Shown here: positions 44,686-55,248 of the stretch, piece after piece
Layout of the letters: each line of letters begins with the position of its first letter
Position numbering within the stretch: position 1 is the first letter of the stretch
Assembly: GCA_965277585.1 (NCBI GenBank)
Contig: OZ255828.1
Location: forward strand, 1,653,865-1,717,864
DNA: 64,000 nt
Source of the DNA: Roseivirga sp.
GTDB lineage: Bacteria; Bacteroidota; Bacteroidia; Cytophagales; Cyclobacteriaceae
Direction: 5' to 3'
The notes under the pieces: generated by a model
The model's database searches: none
What the model was told of the DNA's origin: nothing
Seen by the model: only the letters and a program-made list of their open reading frames with translations
Made by a program: the position numbers and the translations under genes

Positions 44686-45594
44686 ATGGGGATCAACTTC
44701 AAGGTGCTCGACTCTATGGAATCTCTCACAAGGACCGACTTCTCATTTTCGGAGCTGTGCGAACAGCGGGCAGCGGAAATAGTTGACCACTCCGGATCGC
44801 GAACCATTCGGGTACTCTGGTCGGGAGGTATTGACTCTACGGTAGCCCTGATTGCCCTTATGCAGGAGCTGGAACACAGAGAGGAGCTCCATCGCCTGAA
44901 GGTGCTTTTGTCTCGTGAGTCCATTCTTGAATTCCCCTCCTTCTTTCATCAAAAAATCGAAGGCCATCTGGAGTTTCTGCTCATGGACAAAACGATCTAT
45001 GACCATATTGACCTCTCAGAAATCAACATTACGGGTGAACATGGCGACCAGCTCTTTGGCAGTGATAAGCTAAAATACGCAGTCATGTCAGGAGAAGCCT
45101 ACCGTCCCTATGAAGAGATACTCGACTACGTGATTTCCAGGAAGCTGGGTACAGAAAAGTACACCCGCGACATTATTGATTACATCGCACCACAGTTGTC
45201 TCAATCACCACTACCAATTGTGACGCTCTATGATTACCTCTGGTGGATGAATTTTTCTATGAAATGGCAAAACGTCTCATTAAGGATCATTCACGGCCTC
45301 GATCAGCCCTATACGGTTTTAAACAATCAGCTCTTTCACTTCTTTCAGTCACAGGCTTTCCAGAACTGGTCTGTCAGCAATCACCAGCACAAGATCAAGG
45401 GTGAATGGAAAACTTATAAATATGTAGCCAAAGACTATATCAACCAGTTTCATCAGGATACAGACTACCTGACGAACAAGGAAAAAGAGCCCTCCTTAAA
45501 ACAGGTGATTGTGCGCGATCACAATCCCTCTATCTTAAAAGCCCCTGTAAGAGTTGCCAATAAAATCAGGCGTACATTGCTCGATAGTCTATGA
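44686..45594 (+). CDS. PP-loop (adenine nucleotide alpha-hydrolase) superfamily ATP pyrophosphatase, specificity unknown
   Basis: RVLWSGGIDSTVALIAL is an SGGxDS PP-loop. The start is set at Met 44686 to avoid a 77-nt overlap with the upstream ORF; the true start is uncertain. Confidence 0.5.
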   Translation: MGINFKVLDSMESLTRTDFSFSELCEQRAAEIVDHSGSRTIRVLWSGGIDSTVALIALMQELEHREELHRLKVLLSRESILEFPSFFHQKIEGHLEFLLMDKTIYDHIDLSEINITGEHGDQLFGSDKLKYAVMSGEAYRPYEEILDYVISRKLGTEKYTRDIIDYIAPQLSQSPLPIVTLYDYLWWMNFSMKWQNVSLRIIHGLDQPYTVLNNQLFHFFQSQAFQNWSVSNHQHKIKGEWKTYKYVAKDYINQFHQDTDYLTNKEKEPSLKQVIVRDHNPSILKAPVRVANKIRRTLLDSL

Positions 45595-45607
45595 GTTCAT
45601 AGCCGAA

Positions 45608-46291
45608 TCAGCGAAGGTTACGGAAAGTGTATCTGAGCGTATAGTAGATCACCAGAGAGGCGATAAAGAACCAGATAATGCCAACCACCATGCTGGGCAC
45701 TCCCGTCATCTCAGCAATACTATCCGCATCACTGCCAATACCCGTGCGATCAATCAGGTCACTCTTAATATCGATCACCACATAGATACAGCTCACCATA
45801 CCCACAAACTTGAGGAAGTAGTCGTGAAAAGTATCTGACAACCATTTGTAAGAGGCCAGCATAAACAGGCCAAACCCCACGGTCATAACGATACCAAACA
45901 TCTCTCCCGTTTTGATTACAAACCAGCTCAACAGAAGCAGCACAATCCCTATGCCCAGCGAAATGTATCGGTCTTTATCTGTCTTTACTGCCAAAATCAG
46001 AATCAGGGCTCCCCAGAACAAACTCCCCAGGTAACCGGCACTGGCAATCATAAACCTGGCCAGAAAGCTATCAGGCACCGTGTATTGACAGTATCCACCT
46101 ATTCTGTAATCAATCTGAATTTTTATGATATCCCCTCCGAATAGTTCAGCCATGAGTCCATGACTCATCTCATGCAGCATAACCACAAACAGCTTTACCG
46201 GATACAGTAAAAAAGTATTCCACAACACCACTGCAGCCGCCAGAAAAGCCAATAAAATCAACAACTGTTTTTGGGCACCGGATAAGGACAT
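45608..46291 (-). CDS. membrane-embedded M50-like zinc metallopeptidase-type protein (HExxH in TM helix)
   Basis: LHEMSHGLMA is an HExxH motif within hydrophobic helices. Six or more TM segments. Internal Met start 46291. Confidence 0.5.
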   Translation of the reverse strand: MSLSGAQKQLLILLAFLAAAVVLWNTFLLYPVKLFVVMLHEMSHGLMAELFGGDIIKIQIDYRIGGYCQYTVPDSFLARFMIASAGYLGSLFWGALILILAVKTDKDRYISLGIGIVLLLLSWFVIKTGEMFGIVMTVGFGLFMLASYKWLSDTFHDYFLKFVGMVSCIYVVIDIKSDLIDRTGIGSDADSIAEMTGVPSMVVGIIWFFIASLVIYYTLRYTFRNLR

Positions 46292-46476
46292 AGATTTCTT
46301 TTCACTGAGCACCTCTAAAAACAGGTATTCCTGGTTGAAATCAAAACACAAATACCCGATTTACTTATCCATTAGCTTAAAAGAGAGCAAGAGGAATCAA
46401 CCGGCAAACAAACCGGCCGGCCTGCCATACCCTTTCTCAATGCGTACCGTAAACTCATTCGAAAACCTTTTTTCTC

Positions 46477-47295
46477 ATGCTAATTAAAAGGTATCCTGTT
46501 GCCCCTCCACTGAGAGATTACATCCGACATTACTGGTCTATGACCGGTAAGGTTGGTAACCGCCACATTCGCTCGCGGGATATACCGGACGGTAACCCGG
46601 AAGTAATTATCAATTTCGGCACAGCCTTTGGCCGGGTCTCGGAGGGCAAGGTAAGGACAGCAGCGACAAACGGGGCAATCAAACCTCAGTTTGATCAACC
46701 GGCTATTATAGAGCAGTCTGGTGATATTGATTTGCTGGGTATCTCATTCAAGCCTGAAGGCATCTACCACTTCGTTCAATCAGCCATGCTTCCTTTTAGA
46801 AATGAGATTGTGCCTGTTGAGATGCTGGTGGGAGAAAGCCTGTTTGATCAGCTCAGATCTGAAGTCATTCCCTCGAATAGATTCACGCTCCTGGAGGAGT
46901 TTCTCCTGAAAAAACTCCGGACTGTGAAAGCCCCCAATGCGCTTATCCGCGAAAGTCTTGCGCGTGCACGATCCTGCCCTGAAGCTGTAACGGTGCGTCA
47001 ACTATGCAGAGACCTGAAAGTGAGCATAAAACACCTGGAAAGGCTCTACAAACAAGAAATAGGAACAACTCCCAAGAAATTGTTTGACATCATGAGAATC
47101 AACAAACTCCTGTCACAGGTCAAAGCTGCACCAACCGACTGGATGCACCTGGTTGTCAGCTGTGGCTATCATGATCAGTCACATCTGTGCCATGACTTTC
47201 AGAGGTTCACCGGCCAGACGCCAACACAGTATCTGGCAAAAAACGACAGGTTCTCAGGACACTATATATTGCAGGGTGTCGATTTTTTACAATGA
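46477..47295 (+). CDS. AraC family transcriptional regulator
   Basis: C-terminal HTH (VRQLCRDLKVSIKHLERLYKQEIGTTPKKLFDIMRINKL ... YHDQSHLCHDFQRFTGQTPTQYL). Confidence 0.8.
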   Translation: MLIKRYPVAPPLRDYIRHYWSMTGKVGNRHIRSRDIPDGNPEVIINFGTAFGRVSEGKVRTAATNGAIKPQFDQPAIIEQSGDIDLLGISFKPEGIYHFVQSAMLPFRNEIVPVEMLVGESLFDQLRSEVIPSNRFTLLEEFLLKKLRTVKAPNALIRESLARARSCPEAVTVRQLCRDLKVSIKHLERLYKQEIGTTPKKLFDIMRINKLLSQVKAAPTDWMHLVVSCGYHDQSHLCHDFQRFTGQTPTQYLAKNDRFSGHYILQGVDFLQ

Positions 47296-47684
47296 ACTCT
47301 GCCAACGCCTCATTTTCTTGCAGCAAAACAAGAACGATGAGATTACTGCATATCGCTTTTAGCTGGGTACTGATCATGATAGGTGTGATACATATCATTT
47401 TCGGCTTCAGCACTTTTTCCGGCTTCAGCATCAGCCTGCTTTGGTTTCTGGGTTCAGGCCTGGCGATGATCTTTATCAGCCTGATAAACTTTTTGTTTCG
47501 AATAAATCCGCATAACACCCTGGCATTCCGACTTTGTGAAACCGGGAATCTTCTCATGCTGATATTCATCATAGCCATCAACATAGTGAATTTAATGCTA
47601 CCGGGTGTACTGGGACTGATCAGCGTATCAGTGCTCTGTCTGGCCACTCATAAAACTTATATCGGTAAGAATACCCCGGCCTGA
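47292..47684 (+). CDS. small integral membrane protein
   Basis: Three or four hydrophobic helices. 4-nt overlap with the AraC gene stop. Confidence 0.45.
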   Translation: MNSANASFSCSKTRTMRLLHIAFSWVLIMIGVIHIIFGFSTFSGFSISLLWFLGSGLAMIFISLINFLFRINPHNTLAFRLCETGNLLMLIFIIAINIVNLMLPGVLGLISVSVLCLATHKTYIGKNTPA

Positions 47685-47838
47685 GTATTTTGAATATTCC
47701 GTCCTTCCCAAAACCTATTATCTGGCACTCCATTACCCCAAATACCCTCATTATTACCCATTGATGTAGCTCTTCGATATTCGACTTGCCCACTCCCCTG
47801 ATAATCAATATCTTCACAGCCTTTATTGAAACGCGCGT

Positions 47839-48588
47839 ATGGAAGTTCTGGGAATTGACATTGGTGGCTCCGGTATCAAGGGGGCTATTGTAGATACTAT
47901 TGAGGGAAGGTTGGTTTCTGAAAGGTTCAGAATCCCCACTCCTAAACCTGCCACCCCAAAGGCTATTGCCAAAGTAATCAGAGAGATCAAACATCATTTT
48001 GAATGGGAAGACACCATTGGCTGTACCTTCCCATCAGTGGTTGTGGAAGGCAAAGCCAAATTCAGTTCTAACCTTGATCCTTCATGGAAAGGCGTACAGA
48101 TCGATGACCTCTTCAGCAATTACTGCGATGACGAGCGCTTTTTTATCGTGAATGACGCAGATGCGGCCGGACTTGCCGAAATGCGCTTTGGGGTGGGCGT
48201 TCATCACAAAGATGGACTGGTGTTGATGATTACGATCGGAACCGGTCTGGGTAGTGGTGCCTTCTATGATGGCCAGCTTATCCCTAATTTCGAGTTAGGC
48301 CGTATGTTTGGCAAAAACGAAGAGCCTATCGAGTTTTGGGCAGCTGACTCTGCCAGAAAGAAAGAAGACCTCTCGTACGAAGAATGGGGTGCCCGATTTG
48401 ATTTCTTTCTGCATCACATTGAAAGAATCTTCACCCCTGATCATATTATCATTGGTGGCGGACTCAGCAAAAAAATTCACAAGTTCAGAAAAAGCATCAC
48501 CATTGACACTCCCATCTCGGTTTCAGAAAAGCTCAATCATGCCGGGATTATAGGGGCTGCCATGCATGCCGCTGAGCATCATAAATAA
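47839..48588 (+). CDS. ROK family kinase, polyphosphate glucokinase-like
   Basis: [20 protein letters not shown]-terminal ATPase motif; IIGGGLSKK; length of about 250 aa, typical for PPGK. Confidence 0.7.
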   Translation: MEVLGIDIGGSGIKGAIVDTIEGRLVSERFRIPTPKPATPKAIAKVIREIKHHFEWEDTIGCTFPSVVVEGKAKFSSNLDPSWKGVQIDDLFSNYCDDERFFIVNDADAAGLAEMRFGVGVHHKDGLVLMITIGTGLGSGAFYDGQLIPNFELGRMFGKNEEPIEFWAADSARKKEDLSYEEWGARFDFFLHHIERIFTPDHIIIGGGLSKKIHKFRKSITIDTPISVSEKLNHAGIIGAAMHAAEHHK

Positions 48589-48678
48589 ACCAGGCTAAGG
48601 GAAGATCCCATTTGGCCTGTTTAGAATAGAGCCTGGTACCCGCCAGTCATTTTCTCACTTAGCCGGCAGGCCTTATGA

Positions 48679-49443
48679 ATGATCAAAACCTTTGCTACTC
48701 TCCGAATAGGACACTTTCACACCAACTATTGTGAAGATTTTTGGGTAAGCTCTCCTATTAGCACTAATCGACAACTGATAGCCGTACTGGATGGCTGTAC
48801 CATGGGAACAGAATCGGCTTTTGCCTCTATGCTCTTCGGAAAAACCCTTCGTCAAATCAGTCAGCAGCTTTATTACCAGGACTTCCTGACACCAACAAAC
48901 ACTTCCCTTAAAGCTCAGTTGAAACAGGTACTGCACCTGCTCTTCGAAAAAGTAAAGCGCATTAAAAACCAGCTCGGTCTGGACACCCACGAACTGCTCT
49001 CTACCCTGGTTTTAGCCATTACAGATGAAAAATACTACCAGGCTGAAATCATTACCATCGGTGACGGGCTGATATGTCATGATGGACGTATCATGGCCTT
49101 TGAACAGGGAGAACGGCCGGATTATCTGGCCTACCATCTGGGTAAAAAATTCGAAGAGTGGTTTGCCACACAAACACAGAGAATCAGTCTACACCATTTC
49201 ACAGACCTCAGTATTTGTACAGACGGCATATTTAGCTTCAGAAGCTTTAAAAAACCCCAAAGGCAAAAAAGTGAAGCTGAAATCATAGATTTTCTTCTGA
49301 TCAATGACCAACTATCAGAACACAATAACTTTCTTGAACGTAAAATGAACATCATTCAACATCAATGGCAGTATGAGGTCACAGATGACCTGGCCATTGT
49401 AAGGGTGATGGCCATTGAAAAAACCCATGAAGCTGACTCATAA
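48679..49443 (+). CDS. PP2C-like protein phosphatase domain protein
   Basis: CEDF...AVLDGCTMG region resembles bacterial PP2C-family domains. Confidence 0.4.
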   Translation: MIKTFATLRIGHFHTNYCEDFWVSSPISTNRQLIAVLDGCTMGTESAFASMLFGKTLRQISQQLYYQDFLTPTNTSLKAQLKQVLHLLFEKVKRIKNQLGLDTHELLSTLVLAITDEKYYQAEIITIGDGLICHDGRIMAFEQGERPDYLAYHLGKKFEEWFATQTQRISLHHFTDLSICTDGIFSFRSFKKPQRQKSEAEIIDFLLINDQLSEHNNFLERKMNIIQHQWQYEVTDDLAIVRVMAIEKTHEADS

Positions 49444-50635
49444 ACTATCTTTCCATATCACCTTTCTGGTGCTAATACTGTTGGTAGCAGGCTGTTCTTT
49501 AAATCCAGGACGCGATGGTAATACACTGGATTACCTGGATCAGATTCCTCCCGGAGATACCCCCAGGGTATTTGCACCGGGCATTGTCTCTGTTTCCGGC
49601 CGTTTCGATATGGGTTTCACCATGTCAGCCGATGGTAATGTTATTGCCTTTGGTATTGCTCATGAAAGTGACCCTACCCAGACGAACATCCAGTTTCTTA
49701 CCCGAAAAAATGGTATCTGGACGGGCCCTAACAGCAAATTACTACCCGATAATATCAACACCTCTCTTCCCATGTTCGGCCCTAAGGGACGCGAGTTCTA
49801 TTATACCCGGTCAGTAGACGGAGGAGAGAATGACCTCTGGATGGGGATTTACAGCTCAGGTAAAATCACCAATTGCCGTCAGTTGAATGGAGCGGTCAAC
49901 TCTGACAAACGCGAAGCCGGGCATGGCAAAACACTGGATGGCACCCTGTATTTTACCTCCAACCGTGATGATACCCGGCAGTGTTGCGGAGATATTTACC
50001 GGACCTCCGGAATTGACAATTACAACCAGCCAGAGCGGGTTTATGCCCTGAATTCAGAAGCTGATGAAGATGGACTCTATCTTTCACCAAACGAGGACTA
50101 CATTATTATTCAGGCCTGGAAAAATGAGTTTCAGACCAAACATGACCTGTACATCAGCTACCGTACAAGCCAGGGTAACTGGACCACACCGGAAAGACTC
50201 TCTGACGTGGTCAATGGTCCGGAAATAGAGCAACGGCCTTTTGTCTCACCAGACAATCGCTACCTGTTCTTCAGCCGCATGAGTATAGAGCAAAACGGCA
50301 GCAAGACAGCGTATGAGTCCGATATCTATTGGGTGAATACGGAAGAGATATTCAAGCCCTACCTCTTTAACCCCGTCAACACTTTTCAGATTAACAGAGA
50401 GCAATTCAGTACCCAGCTGCCTGTTGACCTGTTCAAAGATGTGGACGACCCGATGTTGAAATACACCGCAACCCTGGCAGATGGCAGACCTCTGCCGGAA
50501 GACATTGATTTTGATCCCGATCAGTTGATTGTCAGCGGTAGTCTCAGACAGACATCATCATTAACGCTTTCCATAAGGGCTCAGGACAGCTACGGCAACA
50601 AGACCTCAGTTCATATTGAGCTGATAGCCCAATAG
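49415..50635 (+). CDS. lipoprotein with TolB-like beta-propeller repeats and C-terminal cadherin/Ig-like domain
   Basis: Lipobox LLVAGCS; repeated segments (YFTSNRDD, YLSPNEDY, FVSPDNRYLFFSR); C-terminal 90 aa resemble putative Ig/dystroglycan-type domains. Confidence 0.5.
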   Translation: MKKPMKLTHKLSFHITFLVLILLVAGCSLNPGRDGNTLDYLDQIPPGDTPRVFAPGIVSVSGRFDMGFTMSADGNVIAFGIAHESDPTQTNIQFLTRKNGIWTGPNSKLLPDNINTSLPMFGPKGREFYYTRSVDGGENDLWMGIYSSGKITNCRQLNGAVNSDKREAGHGKTLDGTLYFTSNRDDTRQCCGDIYRTSGIDNYNQPERVYALNSEADEDGLYLSPNEDYIIIQAWKNEFQTKHDLYISYRTSQGNWTTPERLSDVVNGPEIEQRPFVSPDNRYLFFSRMSIEQNGSKTAYESDIYWVNTEEIFKPYLFNPVNTFQINREQFSTQLPVDLFKDVDDPMLKYTATLADGRPLPEDIDFDPDQLIVSGSLRQTSSLTLSIRAQDSYGNKTSVHIELIAQ

Positions 50636-50642
50636 TCAGATC

Positions 50643-51512
50643 TCAGGAATCACTACCGGCCCCGATCGCTTTTCTTCCATAGAGAATCGCTACAAAAGCA
50701 GCTGAATACATGATCAGTGTGTAAATGGCTGCCGCAATACCAAAGGAAGTATCGTTGAGGGTTACGGTAGCGATGGTGATGGCCAGTGCAGAGTTTTGTA
50801 TGCCTGATTCAATAGAAATGCTGATGGCCTGCCGGATTTTAAGCCTGAAGAAACGCGCTGAAAAGAAGCCCAGGGCCATCGTAACAAGGCAAAGCAAAAC
50901 GGTAGGCAGGCCTGCCTGTTGCAAATAGGGTATAATGTTCGAACGTTCTTTAATAATCAGTGCCAGGGTGATCAGGGCAAGCAATACACCTGAAGCAATG
51001 CGTACCGGCTTATCCATTTTCAGGGCAAAAGCCGTGGCTTTCGCTCGCATTACCATACCGGCAAGAACCGGCAACACTACAATCATCAATAACTGCCCTA
51101 TGGTCTGTAACACATCCAGGTGTACCTCCCGCTCATCTCCCTGAAATTCTGCCAGGGCAAACTGAATAATCAGCGGAATAGAGATGATGGTAATGAGGCT
51201 GGCCACGGCCGTCAGTGTTACTGAAAGGGCTGTATCACCTTTGGCCAGGTGAGAAATCAGGTTGGAAGTAGCACCTCCGGGACAGGCTACCAGGATCATG
51301 ATACCGATAGCCACGGCAGGGCTCGGATTCAGTAGGGTGACCAAAGCAAAACCAATCAAAGGCAAAAGCAGTAACTGGTTTGTCAACCCTATGATTACCG
51401 CCTTGGGCTCCCTGACAATACGCCTGAAATCATCTATGGTAAGGGATAGTCCCATACCAAACATGATACACATAAGCGCAATGGCCACTATAAGCGCACT
51501 GAGATTGTCCAT
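50643..51512 (-). CDS. bile acid:sodium symporter (BASS) family transporter
   Basis: 289-aa polytopic protein; MFGMGLSLTIDDF resembles the BASS/SBF signature. Confidence 0.65.
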   Translation of the reverse strand: MDNLSALIVAIALMCIMFGMGLSLTIDDFRRIVREPKAVIIGLTNQLLLLPLIGFALVTLLNPSPAVAIGIMILVACPGGATSNLISHLAKGDTALSVTLTAVASLITIISIPLIIQFALAEFQGDEREVHLDVLQTIGQLLMIVVLPVLAGMVMRAKATAFALKMDKPVRIASGVLLALITLALIIKERSNIIPYLQQAGLPTVLLCLVTMALGFFSARFFRLKIRQAISISIESGIQNSALAITIATVTLNDTSFGIAAAIYTLIMYSAAFVAILYGRKAIGAGSDS

Positions 51513-51551
51513 GGGTAATCAATATGAATTAACCGAATTTCTATACGTCAG

Positions 51552-52343
51552 CTAAACCCTGACGAAGTCGAGTTCAGCAGCAATATCCTGCCACAGAGGC
51601 TGAAACTGAAAGTAACCTGCCAGCGGAAACCCCAACTCAGCACGTGTCTTCATAGCCACCTCATGACTGATTTCAATCATGGGTTTGCCGGTCTGCATGG
51701 CCAGCAGCTGTGCCTGACAACTCCGTTCCATGGTGATAAACCACCAGGCGGCCTCATCTATGGAGTGCCCGACTGTGAGCAATCCGTGATTCTGAAGAAT
51801 TGCGGCCTTGCCATCCCCCAGACTCTCAGCAATTCTTTTACCTTCCTCCAACTCATTCACAATACCTGTATAATCATTAAACAAGGCATGATCTTCATAA
51901 AAGGCACATACATCCTGGGTAATAGGTGCCAGCTTTTGTCCCAGGGTAGAAAAAGACTTTCCGTACACAGAATGTGAATGCGCAGCGGCTATCACATCCG
52001 GACGGGCTGCATGCACCTGAGAGTGAATTGCAAAAGCAGCGCGGTTAACAGGCAAATTCCCCTCAACTACCTCTCCTTCATGATTGACCAGCAACAGAAG
52101 TTCCGGTCTCATCTGGTTGAAAGAAACGCCAAAGGGATTCACCCAGAAGTGATCTTTCAATTCCGGGTCCCGAACTGTAATATGACCGGCCACGCCTTCA
52201 GAAAAACCAAACTTTCCAAAAATTCTGAATGCTCCACTGAGCTTCTTCTTCAAATAAGTTCTTTCCTCCTCCACAGTCTCAAACCGTTGAGGTAAGGGGA
52301 GGTTGGCAGGAAGCATATCCAGTGGTGGGTTCGGTACGGCCAT
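51552..52343 (-). CDS. class II aldolase/adducin family protein
   Basis: His-rich metal site (AAHSHSVYGK) and GHITVRD region typical of the class II aldolase/epimerase fold. Confidence 0.7.
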   Translation of the reverse strand: MAVPNPPLDMLPANLPLPQRFETVEEERTYLKKKLSGAFRIFGKFGFSEGVAGHITVRDPELKDHFWVNPFGVSFNQMRPELLLLVNHEGEVVEGNLPVNRAAFAIHSQVHAARPDVIAAAHSHSVYGKSFSTLGQKLAPITQDVCAFYEDHALFNDYTGIVNELEEGKRIAESLGDGKAAILQNHGLLTVGHSIDEAAWWFITMERSCQAQLLAMQTGKPMIEISHEVAMKTRAELGFPLAGYFQFQPLWQDIAAELDFVRV

Positions 52344-52366
52344 AGGGTAGTTATTAGTATTCTGTT

Positions 52367-52996
52367 TTATTCAGCTGCTTCTTCGGCTTTCAGGTTATCA
52401 TATTCCTGCCGGCCCTTCTCTGTAAGATAAGGCAGCAGGATTCTCCAAAGAGATTCAATGGGAGAGTCAAAACTCTTCCCGGGTTTATTCCGGTCAAGGA
52501 GTGCGCCTCCCAGAGTCCAGAAGGTATTAACCATCCAGAGATTGTGGATGAGATAATCGTGATCAATATCTCCTCCTTCAGGCAAAAGCCTGCCGGTAGC
52601 TACATAGTAGTCTACCAGTCTTCTGGCATCTACCAGCCGGGTAGCCGTGGTCTCCCTGTAGTCACCGGTGATATCCGGATATACTTCCAGGAGATAAATA
52701 ATCTCAGAGAAGTAGAAGGCATAACGGCTTTGTATTTCAAAGAAGCGGGCAAACATATCTCTGAAATGCCTGAGTGTAATCTCCTGACCCTCCGGCACAA
52801 TGATGCCCTTGCTACCACTGAGAATTTCCTGCTGAATAGCTGCCAGCAGATTTTCTTTTCGCTTGAAGTGATAGGTAAGATTGCCCGGACTGATGCCCAT
52901 TTCATCGGCTATCTCTTTTACAGTGACTTTAAAAAAGCCTCTTTGATTAAAAAGATTAACCGCAGTTCTTAGGATTTCTGACTTAGTATTTTTCAA
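52367..52996 (-). CDS. TetR/AcrR family transcriptional regulator
   Basis: N-terminal HTH (FKVTVKEIADEMGISPGNLTYHFKRKENLL). Confidence 0.85.
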   Translation of the reverse strand: MKNTKSEILRTAVNLFNQRGFFKVTVKEIADEMGISPGNLTYHFKRKENLLAAIQQEILSGSKGIIVPEGQEITLRHFRDMFARFFEIQSRYAFYFSEIIYLLEVYPDITGDYRETTATRLVDARRLVDYYVATGRLLPEGGDIDHDYLIHNLWMVNTFWTLGGALLDRNKPGKSFDSPIESLWRILLPYLTEKGRQEYDNLKAEEAAE

Positions 52997-53137
52997 AGCT
53001 TTGGCCGAGGATTAGGTTAATACCTGAATCAAATCTAGTACATTTATACTAATAACAAAATACGATTTATTCGCTGAGCAAGAATTTCAACAATTTTGAC
53101 CAAACATCCTGAAATACAGGTGAAAATCAGGTAGATA

Positions 53138-53377
53138 TCAGAGCAGCTGAGCTTTGATAAAGCACTGCCAGCCCTCAGTCGGATCGTCAGGATTAGGTGT
53201 TTCCGATGTTACTTCCTCCAGAATACTATAAATCCTTCCGAGTTGTTTTGCTCTGAAGTCAATGCGGTTCAAAGCCTTTTCGAGGGCACGATCCTTCGTA
53301 AAAGACCAGACACGCGTTGAAATAGTGTCGCTTTCCGAATCAAATGGAATATTGTCCAAAAAGATACTATCGCGCAT
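53138..53377 (-). CDS. hypothetical small protein
   Basis: 79-aa ORF in an AT-rich region; weak support. Confidence 0.25.
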   Translation of the reverse strand: MRDSIFLDNIPFDSESDTISTRVWSFTKDRALEKALNRIDFRAKQLGRIYSILEEVTSETPNPDDPTEGWQCFIKAQLL

Positions 53378-53495
53378 ACTTACAAACCATAATAAACACT
53401 GACAAAATAGAGATATTTATTATGTAATCTACAAAAATATGGTTTTATACATAGTAAATTATTCTAAAATCAGCATAAAAATCATCAAGGCTGAT

Positions 53496-54569
53496 TTAAC
53501 TTCCCGGAAGACTTACTTCCAAAAGCTGAAGATTTTCTGAAACTCCCGTGAACTTATATACATAGTCAGGCGGAATCACAAAAGCATCACCCGGGCTCAA
53601 AGACTGCTCCTTTTCTTCAGCCTCTAAGGTTATGTTTCCTTCCAGTACGAAAGTAAACAAGATGTCTGCCTTATGGTTTAACTGTGGTTCCTGGGTCGAC
53701 TCTCCCACAGCCCGAATTACCTGAACTGATGCCACTCCCCTGGTAGCCCTGGCAATACCTGTATCTCTCACTTCAAACCCATCCGCCTTCCAGGTAGTCC
53801 ATTGTGCCTTTTCAAGCTCATGTCTGCAAAAAACCTGCCCGCCAAATTCCCGGTCGGGACGCAAGCTGGTAGTAGGCAGTTCCATTTCGTGGTCTATGGT
53901 AGTCATATGTTCAGCCGGAACACCTATTTCAATGACCTCGAGATTTTCAGATGATTCCAGAACACGGTGTCTGATCTCCGGAGGCTGGGTGACACAGTCA
54001 CCGGCTTTCAAAATGAACGGAGGTCCCTGATCTTCATAGACCAAACGTACCCAGCCACGATAGCAGTAGATGAGCTGAAAGCCGATGGTATGATAATGCA
54101 CCATATCCGGCACAGGGCCCGCCTCCGGAATCCTGATATGTGAGGCGATGATACTCCCTCCAAGACGATCAGGTATCAGATCGCGATAGAGCATACCTGC
54201 TCTGCCAATTACCCAGGGGGCACTGTCTCTAAGTCTCCTCACCTCAAACATGTGCCTGGTAACGGGCATCTGCATCTGATAAGTAGCGGGTAAAAACCTG
54301 ATAACCGTGCCATTCGGAGCTACCAGTTCTTTTTCGGGTGATTCATCTGTCAGTAAATGAAGTATGGGGGCGGTGGTTTTTACTGAACGGTCGAGCCGGA
54401 TTTGCATGCCATAGCCAGACATGCGTGCCACTGCAGGATCATCTGAAGGATAGATTTGGTCCAGCCGGAATCCCAGACCGGTAAAGAAAGTCATGTCTTC
54501 GGTCAAATCTGCTGAAGGTAGCAGCAGTTCTGCCTGTCCCTTGAAACCTGCGTTATCCGCCATACTCAA
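53496..54569 (-). CDS. bicupin-type protein (two cupin-like halves)
   Basis: Two His-containing beta-barrel-like segments (PDMVHYHTIGFQLIYCYRGWVRLVYED and a C-terminal segment); 357 aa. Confidence 0.45.
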   Translation of the reverse strand: MSMADNAGFKGQAELLLPSADLTEDMTFFTGLGFRLDQIYPSDDPAVARMSGYGMQIRLDRSVKTTAPILHLLTDESPEKELVAPNGTVIRFLPATYQMQMPVTRHMFEVRRLRDSAPWVIGRAGMLYRDLIPDRLGGSIIASHIRIPEAGPVPDMVHYHTIGFQLIYCYRGWVRLVYEDQGPPFILKAGDCVTQPPEIRHRVLESSENLEVIEIGVPAEHMTTIDHEMELPTTSLRPDREFGGQVFCRHELEKAQWTTWKADGFEVRDTGIARATRGVASVQVIRAVGESTQEPQLNHKADILFTFVLEGNITLEAEEKEQSLSPGDAFVIPPDYVYKFTGVSENLQLLEVSLPGS

Positions 54570-54683
54570 GTTTAGTCAAAATAGATAAGAATAATTTCGC
54601 AGAAGGCTGCCACCGCGACAGAGTCGCGGTGTGCCTCATTTGTTCATCATTAAAGCTCACAACTAAAAAGTGAAGTGCTTACC

Positions 54684-55040
54684 TCAGAATCCGCGTGTAG
54701 AAATCTTAATTTTACCTACGCCTCCGCAGTTGGGACATGGCATAAAAGCCACCGTTCCACTTCCACCACAATAATAGCAGGTAACCGTCTTAGATAGAAT
54801 ATCAGCATTTCGCGCAGCTTCCTGAAGTGTAACCGGTGTGGTCTTCGTTCTGGCCAGCGCCCTCCTATCAACAGACATTTGAATGGGTTCTACTTTCAAT
54901 AGATCCGGATATGCTTCCACCATATCCTCTATTGATTTAAACTTAGTAAGTTTACCATCTTCTTCAACGCACCAGGTCCTTCCTTTCTTAGTATAATAGG
55001 CTTTCAAATTGCCTAAGTGGTGTGTCTTGGGTTCTGTCAT
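54684..55040 (-). CDS. hypothetical protein with C-terminal CxxC...CxxC zinc-ribbon
   Basis: CYYCGGSGTVAFMPCPNCGG. Confidence 0.45.
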   Translation of the reverse strand: MTEPKTHHLGNLKAYYTKKGRTWCVEEDGKLTKFKSIEDMVEAYPDLLKVEPIQMSVDRRALARTKTTPVTLQEAARNADILSKTVTCYYCGGSGTVAFMPCPNCGGVGKIKISTRGF

Positions 55041-55248
55041 ACCGTGAAAGTAAGGAGATAATTTATATAGTTAAAATTTGAGTTTCTGAATATCACTATA
55101 CAATCAAAAATTAGATCATTTGAAATAAATGCAGAAATATATCACGATTCCTATGTCTTGTTTGACTTCTGGTGTCTATTATTCCAATGGTTTCATACAA
55201 CCCGATTTCCTTAGAACTAAGGATGTCTTTCTTTTAACATAAAGCTAA

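Noticed and set aside
43529-46351. RiPP/lasso-peptide-type cluster (PP-loop ATPase + protease)
   Set aside because: The PP-loop protein is about 300 aa, too short for a lasso cyclase. There is no plausible precursor peptide. The transglutaminase-like gene is 8 kb away.
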